This document shows positions 27,945 to 38,060 of a stretch of 64,000 bases of DNA, piece by piece (the first letter of the stretch is position 1; each line of letters opens with the position of its first letter). The notes beneath the pieces are model-generated. The model searched no databases and had not been told where the DNA came from. It worked only from the letters and a program-made list of their open reading frames with translations. The position numbers and the translations under genes were made by a program. This stretch comes from an uncultured delta proteobacterium (lineage in GTDB: Bacteria; Myxococcota_A; Polyangia; Polyangiales; Polyangiaceae). The stretch spans positions 6,240,001 through 6,304,000 of the forward strand of contig CAWAIF010000003.1 in the NCBI GenBank assembly GCA_963782055.1, read 5' to 3'.

Positions 27945-29455
27945 CCGATACCCCGGTCGCCTCCGACGCGCGGAGCGATACCCTGCTGGCGATCCGCAAC
28001 GTGCTCAAGCTCGGCGGCTCGCTCTTCTTCACCTGGACCATCGCGGTGGTCATCCGTCTGCTGCTCCCCCGGTACCTGGGGCCGCAGCACTACGGCACGC
28101 TCACGTTCGCCGACGCCTTCACCACCACCTTCTTCGTGGCGCTGGGGTTGGGCGTGGACGTGTACGTCCGGCGGCACGTCTCGGTGCGTCCGGCGCACGC
28201 GAGCGACTTCTTCGGCGGGACGCTCTCGCTGCGCCTGCTGTTGACCGCCGTCCTGGTGCTGATCATGGGGGTGGCCATGCACGTGATGGGGCGCCCGCCC
28301 CAGGTGCAGGCGCTCGTCTACCTCTTCGCCGCGGCGCAGTTCCTGGTGGGGATGAACACCACCCTCGCCGCGCTGCTGCAGGCGCGCGGGAGGGTCGGCG
28401 GGCTATCGGTGCTCTCGGTCGTCTCCAAGCTGGTGTGGGGCACCGGCATCGGGTTGGCGATGCTGACGCACACCGGGCTCTGGGCGTTCGCCGCGGCGCT
28501 GGTCCTCTCGGAGGGGTTGAAGGCTACGGCGCTGTTCGTGCTGGCTCGCCGACACCTCGGCCTGGTGGTCCGGCTCGACTCGCGGGCCACGCGAGCGATG
28601 GTCCTGGCGAGCCTGCCGTACTACCTGACGACCGTCGCGAGCACGGCGTACGGCAAGCTGGACATCACGCTGCTGGCGCTGCTGGGCAACGATCACGCGG
28701 TCGGCTGGTACGCCGGCGCGGGCGCCATCGCGGGGCTCACGCTGCTGGTCACGCCGCTCATCGACTGGGTGCTCATGCCGACGTTCGCCCGCGCGGAGGC
28801 CCGCTCCCGCGAGGAGCTCTACGACCGCGTGCGGTCGGCGACGCGCCTGGTGCTCGGCGCGGCCATCCCCGCGTCGCTCGTCACCATCCTGGGCGCGCAC
28901 CTCTGGGTGCGCGTGCTCTTCGGCGCGGCCTACGACCCGGCCGCCCTGCCGCTGCAACTGCTCGCGACGACCTTCGTCTTCACGTACGTGAACATCATCT
29001 ACGCCATCACCCTCACCATGATCGACCGCGCGTGGGCGCTGACCGCCGTCTCCGGCGCGGGGCTGGTCGTGAACGTGGCGCTCAACCTGGTGATCATCCG
29101 CCCGGCCATGGCGGCGTTCGGCGACGGGGGCGGAGGCGCCGGCTGCGCGCTGGCGATGCTGGGGACCGAGCTCTTCGTCACCGCGTCGATGATCGCGCTG
29201 GTGGGGCGCGGGGCGTTCGACCGCCGCACGATGCGCGTCGTCTTCGCCAGCCTCGGCGGGTGCGCGCTGGCGGTCGCAGTCGACCGGCTGCCCGGGTCGC
29301 ACGGGATCGGGCACCTGGCGCTGGACATGCTCGCCTACTTCGCCGTGGCGGCGATCGCGGGCCTGCGCGGCGTGCGTGAGGGCATCGCCCTGGTCGCCTC
29401 CGCGGTGCGCAGGACGCCCCGCCCCGCGCCGGCCGCGTCGGCGAACCGGAGCTAG
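27941..29455 (+). CDS. wzx: Wzx flippase
   Basis: RYLGPQHYG, DITLLALL...VGWYA, 12-14 TM; GTG overlaps the upstream stop. Confidence 0.88.
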   Translation: MTDTPVASDARSDTLLAIRNVLKLGGSLFFTWTIAVVIRLLLPRYLGPQHYGTLTFADAFTTTFFVALGLGVDVYVRRHVSVRPAHASDFFGGTLSLRLLLTAVLVLIMGVAMHVMGRPPQVQALVYLFAAAQFLVGMNTTLAALLQARGRVGGLSVLSVVSKLVWGTGIGLAMLTHTGLWAFAAALVLSEGLKATALFVLARRHLGLVVRLDSRATRAMVLASLPYYLTTVASTAYGKLDITLLALLGNDHAVGWYAGAGAIAGLTLLVTPLIDWVLMPTFARAEARSREELYDRVRSATRLVLGAAIPASLVTILGAHLWVRVLFGAAYDPAALPLQLLATTFVFTYVNIIYAITLTMIDRAWALTAVSGAGLVVNVALNLVIIRPAMAAFGDGGGGAGCALAMLGTELFVTASMIALVGRGAFDRRTMRVVFASLGGCALAVAVDRLPGSHGIGHLALDMLAYFAVAAIAGLRGVREGIALVASAVRRTPRPAPAASANRS

Positions 29456-29507
29456 GATCCGGGCGCCGGCGCGGAGGACCCGCGCGGTCGCGCGCGGCGC
29501 GACGCCG

Positions 29508-30689
29508 TCAAGGGCGCGCGTACAGCGGCTCCGCCGCCTCCGCCCAGAGGCGGTTCATGGAGGCGATGCCCTTGTCGTTCGGGTGCAGGCCGTCGCGCAG
29601 CTCGTCGGGGTGCGCCAGAAACCACGCGTAGAGATCCGGGCCGGCCGGCAGGTGGTGGTCGGCGCGGATGCTATCGATGACCTCGTTGAAGCGGGGGATG
29701 CCCGCGTGGTGGCCGTCGGACGCGTACGGGATGCGCGCCAGGATGGGGACGCGGCCCGCCGCCTGGACGTGGCGCACGATCTTCTCCATGTTGGCGCGGA
29801 AGGCCGCCGTGTCGGTGGTGTCGCCGGCGGCGTCGTTGCTCCCGTAACCGATGGCCCAGAAGTGCGCGTCAGGGCTGCGCGCGAGCCAGTCGTCGACGCG
29901 GGCGGCGCCCTGATCGCTCTTGTCACCGCCCACGCCGCCGTTGATCGTCGCGGGCATGTGCCGCGGGTGCCGGGTGTGGATGCGCTCGGCGAAGCTGGGC
30001 CCGTGCGACGGACCGCGGGCGAAGGCGAACGCGGTGATGCTGTCGCCCATGAAGAACCAGCAGTCCTGGGTGCCCTCCGACGCGTCGTGCACCTCCACCT
30101 CGTTGATCTGCACGCCGTTCGGGCTGATCTTCGGCGCGCGCGTGATCACCAGCTTCACCCAGCGCTGCCCGAGGAAGGGCACGGCGTGCTCGGCGCCGTG
30201 GACGGCCACGTCGGGCACGTCCACCGCGGTCTTCCAGGTCCCGTCGGTCCCGTCGGTCGAGTCGGCGGAGGTCTCCACGCGGTACGCGCCCGGGCTGCCG
30301 TAGTCGGTCTCCTCGTAGTTGAAGCTGCCCGCCGAGCTCCACGTGAGCAGCAGCCGGGAGGGCCCGCGGCCCACGTCGATGGCGAGCCACGCGGGATGCT
30401 CCGGCGTGGGGTGCCCCGCGTCCCACCAGCTGTGATAGTCGCCGTCGGTCGCGCGCCGCACGTCGCTGTAGCGCGCGGCCGACCAGCCCTCCGTCCGCTT
30501 GCCCCGCGAGACGAGCGGCATCGGGGCGACGACGCCGGCGCGGGCGCCGCGGGCGACGGAGGCGGCGACGGACGCGGGCACCGGCGCGGGCGCGACGTGC
30601 GCGGTGGCGTCGACGGTCTGAGCGACGCGCTCGCCGTGGGAGGGCGTGCAGGCGGCGAGCAGGGCGACGAGGAAGGCGGCGCGTCGCAC
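29508..30689 (-). CDS. SGNH/GDSL hydrolase lipoprotein with discoidin-like domain
   Basis: LAAC lipobox, GDSIT, GSND, DGLHPN. Confidence 0.85.
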   Translation of the reverse strand: MRRAAFLVALLAACTPSHGERVAQTVDATAHVAPAPVPASVAASVARGARAGVVAPMPLVSRGKRTEGWSAARYSDVRRATDGDYHSWWDAGHPTPEHPAWLAIDVGRGPSRLLLTWSSAGSFNYEETDYGSPGAYRVETSADSTDGTDGTWKTAVDVPDVAVHGAEHAVPFLGQRWVKLVITRAPKISPNGVQINEVEVHDASEGTQDCWFFMGDSITAFAFARGPSHGPSFAERIHTRHPRHMPATINGGVGGDKSDQGAARVDDWLARSPDAHFWAIGYGSNDAAGDTTDTAAFRANMEKIVRHVQAAGRVPILARIPYASDGHHAGIPRFNEVIDSIRADHHLPAGPDLYAWFLAHPDELRDGLHPNDKGIASMNRLWAEAAEPLYARP

Positions 30690-30690
30690 G

Positions 30691-31872
30691 TCAACCTGCC
30701 TTCTGGGCGACGACGCCCGGCGCGAAGTAGTCCTTCAGTCGCAGGAAGTGCTTCTCGAAGAGCTCGTAGCTCGCGACCGACACCAGCAAGGAGAAGGCGG
30801 CGCCCACCGTGGCCTGCAGCAGCACCGCGGCGAGGTGCGAGCCCAGCCACGCGCCCAGGACGCGCTCGGTGCCGCGCTCGACGAGCGCGAAGGCGACGAT
30901 GCCGTGGAAGACGTACAGGCCGTAGCTGTACTTGCCGAAGAAGCGCATCACCGGGGCCCGGAAGACGCGCCCGAGGACGCCGGCGCGCCCGCCGGCGACC
31001 GTGACGACCAGCAGCGCGCCGAAGGAGAGCGCGACGAAGGTCCCGCGCAGCGGCACGACCACCTCACGCGCCACGCCGCCGGTGAGGGCGTTCCACGCCG
31101 AGGTGGCGAGGACCAGCCCGGGCATCACCCAGGCCCACGGCCGCGCGACGCGCGCCAGCGCCTGGATGCCCACGGCGCGCGACGCGATGGCGAGGAACCC
31201 GCCCACGCAGAGCGCGTCCAGGCGGCACGGCGTGAGCGCGGTGACGGCCACGTCGCTCGCGCCGGAGGCCAGCATCACGCACCGGAGGACGAGCGCGAAG
31301 GCCGCGACCGACGCGCAGATCCAGAGCAGCTTGTTGCGCGAGAAGGTCGCCACCACCAGCGGCCAGAAGAGATAGAAGTGCTCCTCGACCGCGAGCGACC
31401 AGAAGTGGCTCACGTAGGGGAGCGTCCAGCCGTGGTGCAGCGAGACGTACACGTTGGTCGCGTACGGCCACAGCCACCGCTGGTGCTGCTCGGCGTCCAC
31501 CAGGCTCGCGGGGTAGGCCACCGGGAGCGCGGGGAGCACAACGAACAGGAGCGCCAGCACGCCGTAATACAGGGGGAAGATGCGCAGCACGCGGCGGACG
31601 TAAAAGTTGCGGTAGTAGCGCGGGCGCTCGCGCGCATCGTAGAGGATGCCCGTGATGAGGAAGCCGGAGAGGACGAAGAAGAGGTCCACGCCCCAGACGC
31701 CGTAGTTGGCGAGCTTCACCATCCCGCGCTCCAGCGCGGTGCCGGGCGTGCTGTCGCCGATGAAGTGGACGAACAGCACCATGATGATGGCGAGGCCCCG
31801 CATGCCGTCGAGGGCGGGCATGTGGCCGCCGTGCGCCGGGCGGTCCACCACGGCGGCGGGCTCCGCCGTCAC
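30691..31872 (-). CDS. Acyltransferase-3 family membrane O-acyltransferase
   Basis: LDGMRGLAI, GVDLFFVLSGFLIT, HFWSLAVEEHFY. Confidence 0.92.
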   Translation of the reverse strand: MTAEPAAVVDRPAHGGHMPALDGMRGLAIIMVLFVHFIGDSTPGTALERGMVKLANYGVWGVDLFFVLSGFLITGILYDARERPRYYRNFYVRRVLRIFPLYYGVLALLFVVLPALPVAYPASLVDAEQHQRWLWPYATNVYVSLHHGWTLPYVSHFWSLAVEEHFYLFWPLVVATFSRNKLLWICASVAAFALVLRCVMLASGASDVAVTALTPCRLDALCVGGFLAIASRAVGIQALARVARPWAWVMPGLVLATSAWNALTGGVAREVVVPLRGTFVALSFGALLVVTVAGGRAGVLGRVFRAPVMRFFGKYSYGLYVFHGIVAFALVERGTERVLGAWLGSHLAAVLLQATVGAAFSLLVSVASYELFEKHFLRLKDYFAPGVVAQKAG

Positions 31873-33089
31873 GGCCGCCTCCGCGTGAGCAACAGGCGCT
31901 CGTAGAGCCGGACCAGCCGCTCGACCGACGCGTGCCAGCCGTAGTGCGCCTCCACCAGCCGCCGGCCCGCGTCGCCCAGCCAGTCGACGAGCGAGGTATC
32001 GTCCAGCAGGCGGCCCACCTGCGCCGCGAACCGCACGGGGTCGTCGGCGAGGAGCAGATCGCGCTCCGGGAGCACGTCCAGACCCTCCGCGCCGAGGGTC
32101 GTGGAGACGATCGCCTTCCCCATGGCCATCGCCTCCACGATCTTCAGGCGGGTGCCCCCCCCGATGCGCAGCGGCACCACCACCACCGTGGCGCGCTCCA
32201 GCCACGGTCGGAGATCGTCCACGGTCCCGGTGATCCGGACGTCCGGCCCGGCCTGGGCGAGCACCGCCTCCGGGGCCTTGCGGCCGACGATGGTGAGCGA
32301 GACGCCGGGGTAGTGCGCGCGCAGCCGCGGCATCACCTCGCGGAGGAAGTACAGGATGGCGTCGGTGTTGGGGTAGTAGTCGATGGCGCCGAAGAAGAGC
32401 AGCGACCGCGGCTCCCGCCGGAGCCTGTCGCCCGGCCGGAAGTAGTCCACGTCGACGCCGTTGGGCACGACCTCGGTGCGCGTGCCCGGCGCGTCGGCCA
32501 GCACGTGCTGCCGGTCGCGCGGCGAGGTGACGGCGCAGCCGTCCACCCGCTCCCAGGCCGCCCGCTCCTCGCGGCGCACCTTCCGCCAGTCCACCGTGCT
32601 GTAGGCGCGCCGCAGCGGGCTCGCCTCCGCCTCCGCGGTGCGCCGCACAATCTCGTACTCCACGTTGTGCTCGTCCAGACAGATCACCGGGCGTCGCCGC
32701 GCGTCACCGATGCGGTAGCCCGCCATGTGCGCGAGCTCGAGCTGCACCACGTCGAAGCGGCCGGCGGCGAGCAGCCTGTCGAGCGCCTCCTGCAGCGCGC
32801 GCTCGCGGTGCACGACGCGCTCGTAGCTCCACGGCGAGACCAGCGATCCGAGCTGCAGCAGGCGCTTGCGCACGCCCTCGGCGGCCCGCTTGGGTCCCGG
32901 CACCGCGACCACCTCCTCGCAATATGCACGCGTCGCCTTTAGGCTCTGCTCCAGCCCCGGCTCCCCCGGGTCCACCAGGGAGAGCACCGAGACGTCGTGG
33001 GCACGCGCCAGGCCGGCCGCCAGCGCATGAATGCGCTGCTGCCCGCCGAAGCGCGGCGGGCTCGGCAGGAAGGGCGTGACCACCAGCAC
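31869..33089 (-). CDS. Glycosyltransferase family 4
   Basis: VLVVTP, VVPNGVD, GGGTRLKIVEAMAMG; start unresolved (see findings). Confidence 0.88.
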   Translation of the reverse strand: MLVVTPFLPSPPRFGGQQRIHALAAGLARAHDVSVLSLVDPGEPGLEQSLKATRAYCEEVVAVPGPKRAAEGVRKRLLQLGSLVSPWSYERVVHRERALQEALDRLLAAGRFDVVQLELAHMAGYRIGDARRRPVICLDEHNVEYEIVRRTAEAEASPLRRAYSTVDWRKVRREERAAWERVDGCAVTSPRDRQHVLADAPGTRTEVVPNGVDVDYFRPGDRLRREPRSLLFFGAIDYYPNTDAILYFLREVMPRLRAHYPGVSLTIVGRKAPEAVLAQAGPDVRITGTVDDLRPWLERATVVVVPLRIGGGTRLKIVEAMAMGKAIVSTTLGAEGLDVLPERDLLLADDPVRFAAQVGRLLDDTSLVDWLGDAGRRLVEAHYGWHASVERLVRLYERLLLTRRRP

Positions 33090-33161
33090 CCTCAGGCGGG
33101 AGCGGGGGGCGTTGCGCGGCCCATGGGCGCGTGCTTGACTCCTTGCGAGGTCGCCGGAGCG

Positions 33162-33329
33162 ATGCGCAAGGTCATCCTGCTCTCTATCCTGCTCGCGAAC
33201 ATCGCCATCCCCCTCTGGGCCGCGCGCGAGCGGAAGGCTGGCCGCGGCCTGCGCAAGGCGCTCCTGGCGATGCTGATCTTCAACGTCGTCTACCTGGGGG
33301 CGCTCCTGATCGTCTACCCTCACCTGTAG
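33162..33329 (+). CDS. 55-aa two-TM membrane protein in EPS cluster
   Basis: MRKVILLSILLANIAIPLWAARERKAGRGLRKALLAMLIFNVVYLGALLIVYPHL; RBS GGAG. Confidence 0.7.
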   Translation: MRKVILLSILLANIAIPLWAARERKAGRGLRKALLAMLIFNVVYLGALLIVYPHL

Positions 33330-33335
33330 GTTCCC

Positions 33336-33659
33336 ATGACCACCGAACGGCGGCACTTCCGCAGGCTCAGCGCTCCGGTCTTCTGGCGGCTTACCGGGTT
33401 CCGCGGGGCGCGGAGGCCCGTCGACGTGAGCCTGGGCGGGATGCGGATGTACTGCGACGACGCGCTGGACGTCGGCAAGGTGCTCGAGCTCGAGCTGCTT
33501 GCCGCCGACGACGACGAGCCGATCGAGTTCCTCGCCCGGGTGGTGTGGGTCGACGCCCTTCCCGAGGGTGGGCCCGCGCGCTTCGACGTGGGGCTTGCGT
33601 TCATCGAGCTGCCCGACGGCGCGCGGCACCGCCTCGCCGGACTGCTCTCGACCGATTGA
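33336..33659 (+). CDS. Stand-alone PilZ domain protein
   Basis: RRHFR (RxxxR) and DVSLGG (DxSxxG) c-di-GMP motifs intact. Confidence 0.88.
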   Translation: MTTERRHFRRLSAPVFWRLTGFRGARRPVDVSLGGMRMYCDDALDVGKVLELELLAADDDEPIEFLARVVWVDALPEGGPARFDVGLAFIELPDGARHRLAGLLSTD

Positions 33660-33673
33660 CGGAGCGCCGCGCT

Positions 33674-35314
33674 TCATCGCATCGCTTCCCTTCTGGCGTC
33701 GAGCCGGATGTCGAGGACCGTGATCGAGTACGGGGGCAGCGTCGGGTCCGTCGTCCGGGCGAAGCCGGGCGCGCCGGCGCGGTAGACGTAGCGCGTGGTG
33801 GAGGCGACGTGACCGCACGTGGAGACGTCGAGCTGCGGCGCGACGGGCGTCGTCGGGTCGAGGTCGAGGAGCACCACGACCATGTGCCCGCCGGCGGCGT
33901 CGCGAGAGGCGTAGACCGAGGCCAGCGGGCTGGACGAGTCCGCGCGCACCGACCAGTCGAGGAAGCGCCCGCCGGCGCCGTCGAAGTTGCGGTAGGCACG
34001 GAAGGCCCAGAACGCCGGTGAGTCCTCGGCCGGGTAGTCCCAGTAGAAGGCGGAGGTGACGCCCTGCGCGCCGAAGGCCCCGAGCGCCTCGGCCAGCGCG
34101 AGGCCGCCGCTCATGTCTTGCTCTGCTCCGAAGTTGTACTCCCCGATGGAGATGCCCAGACCCGGCGCGTTGTCGTCGATCCACGCCTGCACGCGCGGGA
34201 TGAGCCGCATCGGCTTGCGGATCCACGACTCGTCGGCGTAGGTCGGGTCCCAGAGCGAGCGCGGCGCGCGGACGCGCCGCCCGGCAGTCGCCGGGTCGGT
34301 GCCGCCGGAGGTGCCGATGCCGATGTCGCGGCCCTGCGGGTAGAAGTGCACGTCGACGACGTCGATCAGCCGCTGGCCGCTGCGCTCCTCCGCGGCGCGC
34401 ACCTGCCGCAGCCACCACGGCAGGAGCGGCTCGCTCGCGTGGCGCGCGCGGTCCGGGTGGCCGAGGCGGTGCCGCCCGCGGTCGACGGCGGAGTCGAAGT
34501 AGGCCGGCCAGCCCCAGAGCGCCGGTCCGGCGATCACCGCGTCCGGGTCGGCGTGGCGGATGGCAGTCGCGTAGGTGATCGTGCGGCGCAACAGCTCGTC
34601 GTAGGACACCGGCTCCGGGTGCACGTCGCGGTGCGTCTCGTTCCAGAGCATCGGCTCGTTGTCGAGGATGTACATCTGCACGCCCCGCACGCCCTGCTCG
34701 TGCCCGCGCTCGCGGATGACGCGCACCCACGCGGCGATGTCCGCCGGGCGCATCGGGACGCTGGTCTGCTGCGGGCTGCCGGGCTCGATCAGCCGGCCGT
34801 CCGGCGTCACACCGTTGCCGCAGTCCGGCCGATCGAACGCCGTCGCCTCCTGCGGGCCGTAGACCGAGACGGGGAAGCCGCACGAGGTGACGTCCTTGGT
34901 CACCCAGCCGATCGTCGGCACGGTGAGCGCGGTGGCGACGCCGTGCGCGACGTCCTCGTCGATGAAGTGCTGGTACGCGGGGCCGGGCTTGTCGTCGTAG
35001 TCCACGTTCTCGTAGAACCAGTCCTTGCCCGAGTTCCACGCGTGCCCCTTCCCCCTCCAGTCGTAGCGGCTGGTGTGGTCGCCGCCCCAGCGGCGCGCCG
35101 TCGCGCCGAGCTCCCACTCCACGGGCGTCTCGTGCATCGGCAGCTCGGCGATGCCGTAGATCAGCGGGCTGATCGGGCGCGTCGCCTCGTCGCAGTGGAT
35201 GACCATCGGGACGCGCGCGAGGAGCCCCGGAGGGCGCGGCGCCGGCCGGGGGCTCCCCGGTACGAGCGACGCGGCGGCCGCGAGGACGGACATGAGCAGG
35301 AGGCGGTGCGCCAT
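33674..35314 (-). CDS. Glycoside hydrolase family 44 (EpsB-like)
   Basis: ISPLIYG, RWGG, LDNEPMLWNETHRDVHP, DVHFYPQ, IGEYNFG; signal peptide. Confidence 0.9.
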   Translation of the reverse strand: MAHRLLLMSVLAAAASLVPGSPRPAPRPPGLLARVPMVIHCDEATRPISPLIYGIAELPMHETPVEWELGATARRWGGDHTSRYDWRGKGHAWNSGKDWFYENVDYDDKPGPAYQHFIDEDVAHGVATALTVPTIGWVTKDVTSCGFPVSVYGPQEATAFDRPDCGNGVTPDGRLIEPGSPQQTSVPMRPADIAAWVRVIRERGHEQGVRGVQMYILDNEPMLWNETHRDVHPEPVSYDELLRRTITYATAIRHADPDAVIAGPALWGWPAYFDSAVDRGRHRLGHPDRARHASEPLLPWWLRQVRAAEERSGQRLIDVVDVHFYPQGRDIGIGTSGGTDPATAGRRVRAPRSLWDPTYADESWIRKPMRLIPRVQAWIDDNAPGLGISIGEYNFGAEQDMSGGLALAEALGAFGAQGVTSAFYWDYPAEDSPAFWAFRAYRNFDGAGGRFLDWSVRADSSSPLASVYASRDAAGGHMVVVLLDLDPTTPVAPQLDVSTCGHVASTTRYVYRAGAPGFARTTDPTLPPYSITVLDIRLDARREAMR

Positions 35315-36501
35315 CACGACTCTCCCTCTCGCGGCGTGCGGACCCAGCGCTTGTCGCCACGGCCGGCGCGAAGCGGCAGGGTGAGCTTCCAGGCGACGTA
35401 GATGGGCGCCCACGCCAGGCCGAGCAGACCCCGCACGCCGGTGCCGGAGAGGTGCCAGCCCCGCAGCGCGTACGCGGTGAGGGCGACGGCGCAGAGCGCC
35501 CACGGGACGACCACCACCACGAAGTGACCCGCGACCGCCCACAGGAGCACCGACGCGACCAGGCCGACGGCGGTGCCGGCCGCGAGCGTGGAGAGCGGCG
35601 GGACGATGAGGTCCATCGCGAGGTCGAAGGCGACGGCGTCGCGCCTGCGGAGCGCCCGCGCGAGCAGCCGCGGGACGACCGCGAGGGCGAAGCGGCGACG
35701 CCCGTCCTCCCAGCGCCGGCGCTGCGTGCGCGAGTGGCCCTCGGTCGCGGGCATCTCCCCGAAGACGTGCGCCTCCGGGGCGTAGACCACGCGGATCCCC
35801 CGCTCGCCGAGGCGCACGCCGTGCTCGACGTCCTCCACGACGGAGTAGGCGTCGTAGGGGACGGCGCGCAGGAGCGCGGTGGTGAACGCCATGCCGTTGC
35901 CGCGCAGCCCGCACGAGACCGCGAGCCGCTCGCGCGCCAGCGATCGCAGCCGGTGGAAGGTCGCGAAGGCGACCGCGACGAGGCGCGCGCGCCACGAGGC
36001 GTCGGGGTTTCGCACCGAGTAGTCCGCCTGCACCGCCATGGCCCCGTCCTCGATGCGCGCGGCGAAGGCGCGCAGCAGGTTGGGCGACACGACGGTGTCG
36101 GCGTCGACGACCACCACCGCGTCGGCGAGGCCCTCGCGGAGTACCTGGTCGAAGGCGTACGCCAGGGCGTGGCCCTTGCCGACGCGCGTCAGGTCGTGGC
36201 GCGGCCGCACGATGGCGCCGGCGGTGAGCGCGCAGCCGGCCGTATCGTCCTGACAGTTGTCGGCGACCACCACGACGCGGAACAGGTCGTGCGGGTAATC
36301 CAGGGCGCGGAGGCTCGCCACCGTGGCGGCGATCCCGTGCGACTCGTCGTGGGCGGGCACGATGACGTCGAAGCGCACGTGGGGTGCGCGCCCGGGCGGC
36401 GACGGTCGCCGCAAGGAGAGCGCGGTGAGCAGCGCGAGATAGCTCGCCAGCGCGAGCACCGGCACGGCGGCGAGCGCGAGCAGAACCTGGGCGAGGGTCA
36501 T
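35314..36501 (-). CDS. Glycosyltransferase family 2 (membrane-bound)
   Basis: VPAHDE, ADNCQD, DADT, ED, QRRRW. Confidence 0.92.
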   Translation of the reverse strand: MTLAQVLLALAAVPVLALASYLALLTALSLRRPSPPGRAPHVRFDVIVPAHDESHGIAATVASLRALDYPHDLFRVVVVADNCQDDTAGCALTAGAIVRPRHDLTRVGKGHALAYAFDQVLREGLADAVVVVDADTVVSPNLLRAFAARIEDGAMAVQADYSVRNPDASWRARLVAVAFATFHRLRSLARERLAVSCGLRGNGMAFTTALLRAVPYDAYSVVEDVEHGVRLGERGIRVVYAPEAHVFGEMPATEGHSRTQRRRWEDGRRRFALAVVPRLLARALRRRDAVAFDLAMDLIVPPLSTLAAGTAVGLVASVLLWAVAGHFVVVVVPWALCAVALTAYALRGWHLSGTGVRGLLGLAWAPIYVAWKLTLPLRAGRGDKRWVRTPREGES

Positions 36502-38060
36502 GACACCGCTCCTTCTGCGCCCTGCGGCGCCGGCACGAGCCCCTCCGAGGGCACCACGCGAATGTCGGGGAGCGGTGCGGGGGCCTCCGCCGGCACCCAC
36601 GCGTGCGTCCGGACGGCGAGCTGGCTCGACACGGCCAGCGCCGGGGCCACGGTGAAGACGCTGGTCCACGTGCCCAGGCCCATGTCGCCGTAGCAGTGCA
36701 CCAGGTACACGACGATCATCGCGACGGACGCCAGCGCCGCCACCCGGTCGTCACGCAGCTCGGCGTGCAGGCACGCCCGCGCGCCGAAGAACATGCCGAC
36801 GAAGAACATGGCCCAGAGCGCGGTGAAGCCGACAATCCCGCCGTAGGCCCAGAGGCCCATGATGCTGTTGTGCGGGATGAACCGGTAGAGCGCGTAGACG
36901 TTGGAGATGTCGGGCAGCTTGACGATCTCGATGTAGCCGTGGCCGTAGCCCTCCCCGAGCAAGGGGCTCGCGCGGACGGTGTAGAAGAGGTCGTAGTTCT
37001 CCCAGTCGCGCCACTTGGCCGACATGTCCGCGCTGGAGTCGACGACCGTCCGCAGCACGTGCACCGGTCGGAAGATCGCCGCCTCCGACCCCCAGCCCAG
37101 CACGAAGTAGACGAGGAGCAGCGGGCTCGCGAGGAGGAGGGCTCGCTGGACGAGGCGCTTCGCCCGGGTCGGCGGGCTGAGCCAGAAGACCACCGCGAGC
37201 CCGACGATCAGCTCCACCCACACCATGCGGCGGTTGTTGGCGACCATGCCGGCGACCAGCAGCGGGAGCGTCACGACCGCGAGGAGCACGCGGCCCCGGG
37301 AGCGTCCGGCGAGGAGCATGATGACGACGGCGCACGCGGCCCCGGCGAAGAGCATGGAGTCGGCGTGCGTGGTGGCGTACTCCAGCTCCGCCTGGCCGGG
37401 CGGGGGCGCGATGGTGTGGCGCACGTAGATCGCCACGACCGCCTTCAGGCACGCCGCGCCGATGAGCACCTTCGCCAGGGACCATGCGTCCTTCGGCCGG
37501 AGCGCGTAGTCGAAGGCGAAGAAGACGAGCGGCAGGTAGACGACGCGCTGCACCTGCCAGAGCGAGCTCGCGACGTCGGCGCCGCCGCGGACCATGCCGT
37601 AGACCCACATCCACGTCATGCCGCCCAGCGCGACGACCACGGCGAGGCGCATCGGCCGCGCGCCCGCGATGCGCCCCGGCTTGTCGATGGGCGAGCGCGA
37701 GTACACCCGCCAGAGAAGGACGGCGAACAGATAGACCAGCACCACGTCCAGCCCGGAGAAGATGAGCGCGCGGTGGTGGAGGGTGACGTTCAGGTGCGCC
37801 AGAAGCAGCGCGCCGGCGGTGTAGAGCGGAGACTTCCACAGACCCTGCGCCGGCGCGTCGGCCGGGTTCTCCATGGTCAGCGCGAGGAAGGCGATGACGA
37901 AGAGCGGCCATCGCAGGGGCAGCCGCCACACCGCGTAGGCGAGGCCGAACACGATGGCCGGCGCCACCGCGAGCAGCGGGTTGCCGTCGCTCAGCACGAC
38001 GGCCACGAGGCTCAATGCGCAGAGGCCGACCCCGGCGAGGAGGAAGCCCAGGGACCTCAT
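36498..38060 (-). CDS. wzy: Wzy polymerase (O-antigen ligase-like)
   Basis: Multi-TM, NNRR, LLGEGYG, PHNS. Confidence 0.8.
   Translation of the reverse strand: MRSLGFLLAGVGLCALSLVAVVLSDGNPLLAVAPAIVFGLAYAVWRLPLRWPLFVIAFLALTMENPADAPAQGLWKSPLYTAGALLLAHLNVTLHHRALIFSGLDVVLVYLFAVLLWRVYSRSPIDKPGRIAGARPMRLAVVVALGGMTWMWVYGMVRGGADVASSLWQVQRVVYLPLVFFAFDYALRPKDAWSLAKVLIGAACLKAVVAIYVRHTIAPPPGQAELEYATTHADSMLFAGAACAVVIMLLAGRSRGRVLLAVVTLPLLVAGMVANNRRMVWVELIVGLAVVFWLSPPTRAKRLVQRALLLASPLLLVYFVLGWGSEAAIFRPVHVLRTVVDSSADMSAKWRDWENYDLFYTVRASPLLGEGYGHGYIEIVKLPDISNVYALYRFIPHNSIMGLWAYGGIVGFTALWAMFFVGMFFGARACLHAELRDDRVAALASVAMIVVYLVHCYGDMGLGTWTSVFTVAPALAVSSQLAVRTHAWVPAEAPAPLPDIRVVPSEGLVPAPQGAEGAVS

Noticed and set aside
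31869..35360. 1163-aa ORF as GH44-GT4 fusion
   Set aside because: GH44 is in another frame and two plus-strand genes intervene; stop-poor GC-rich frame.
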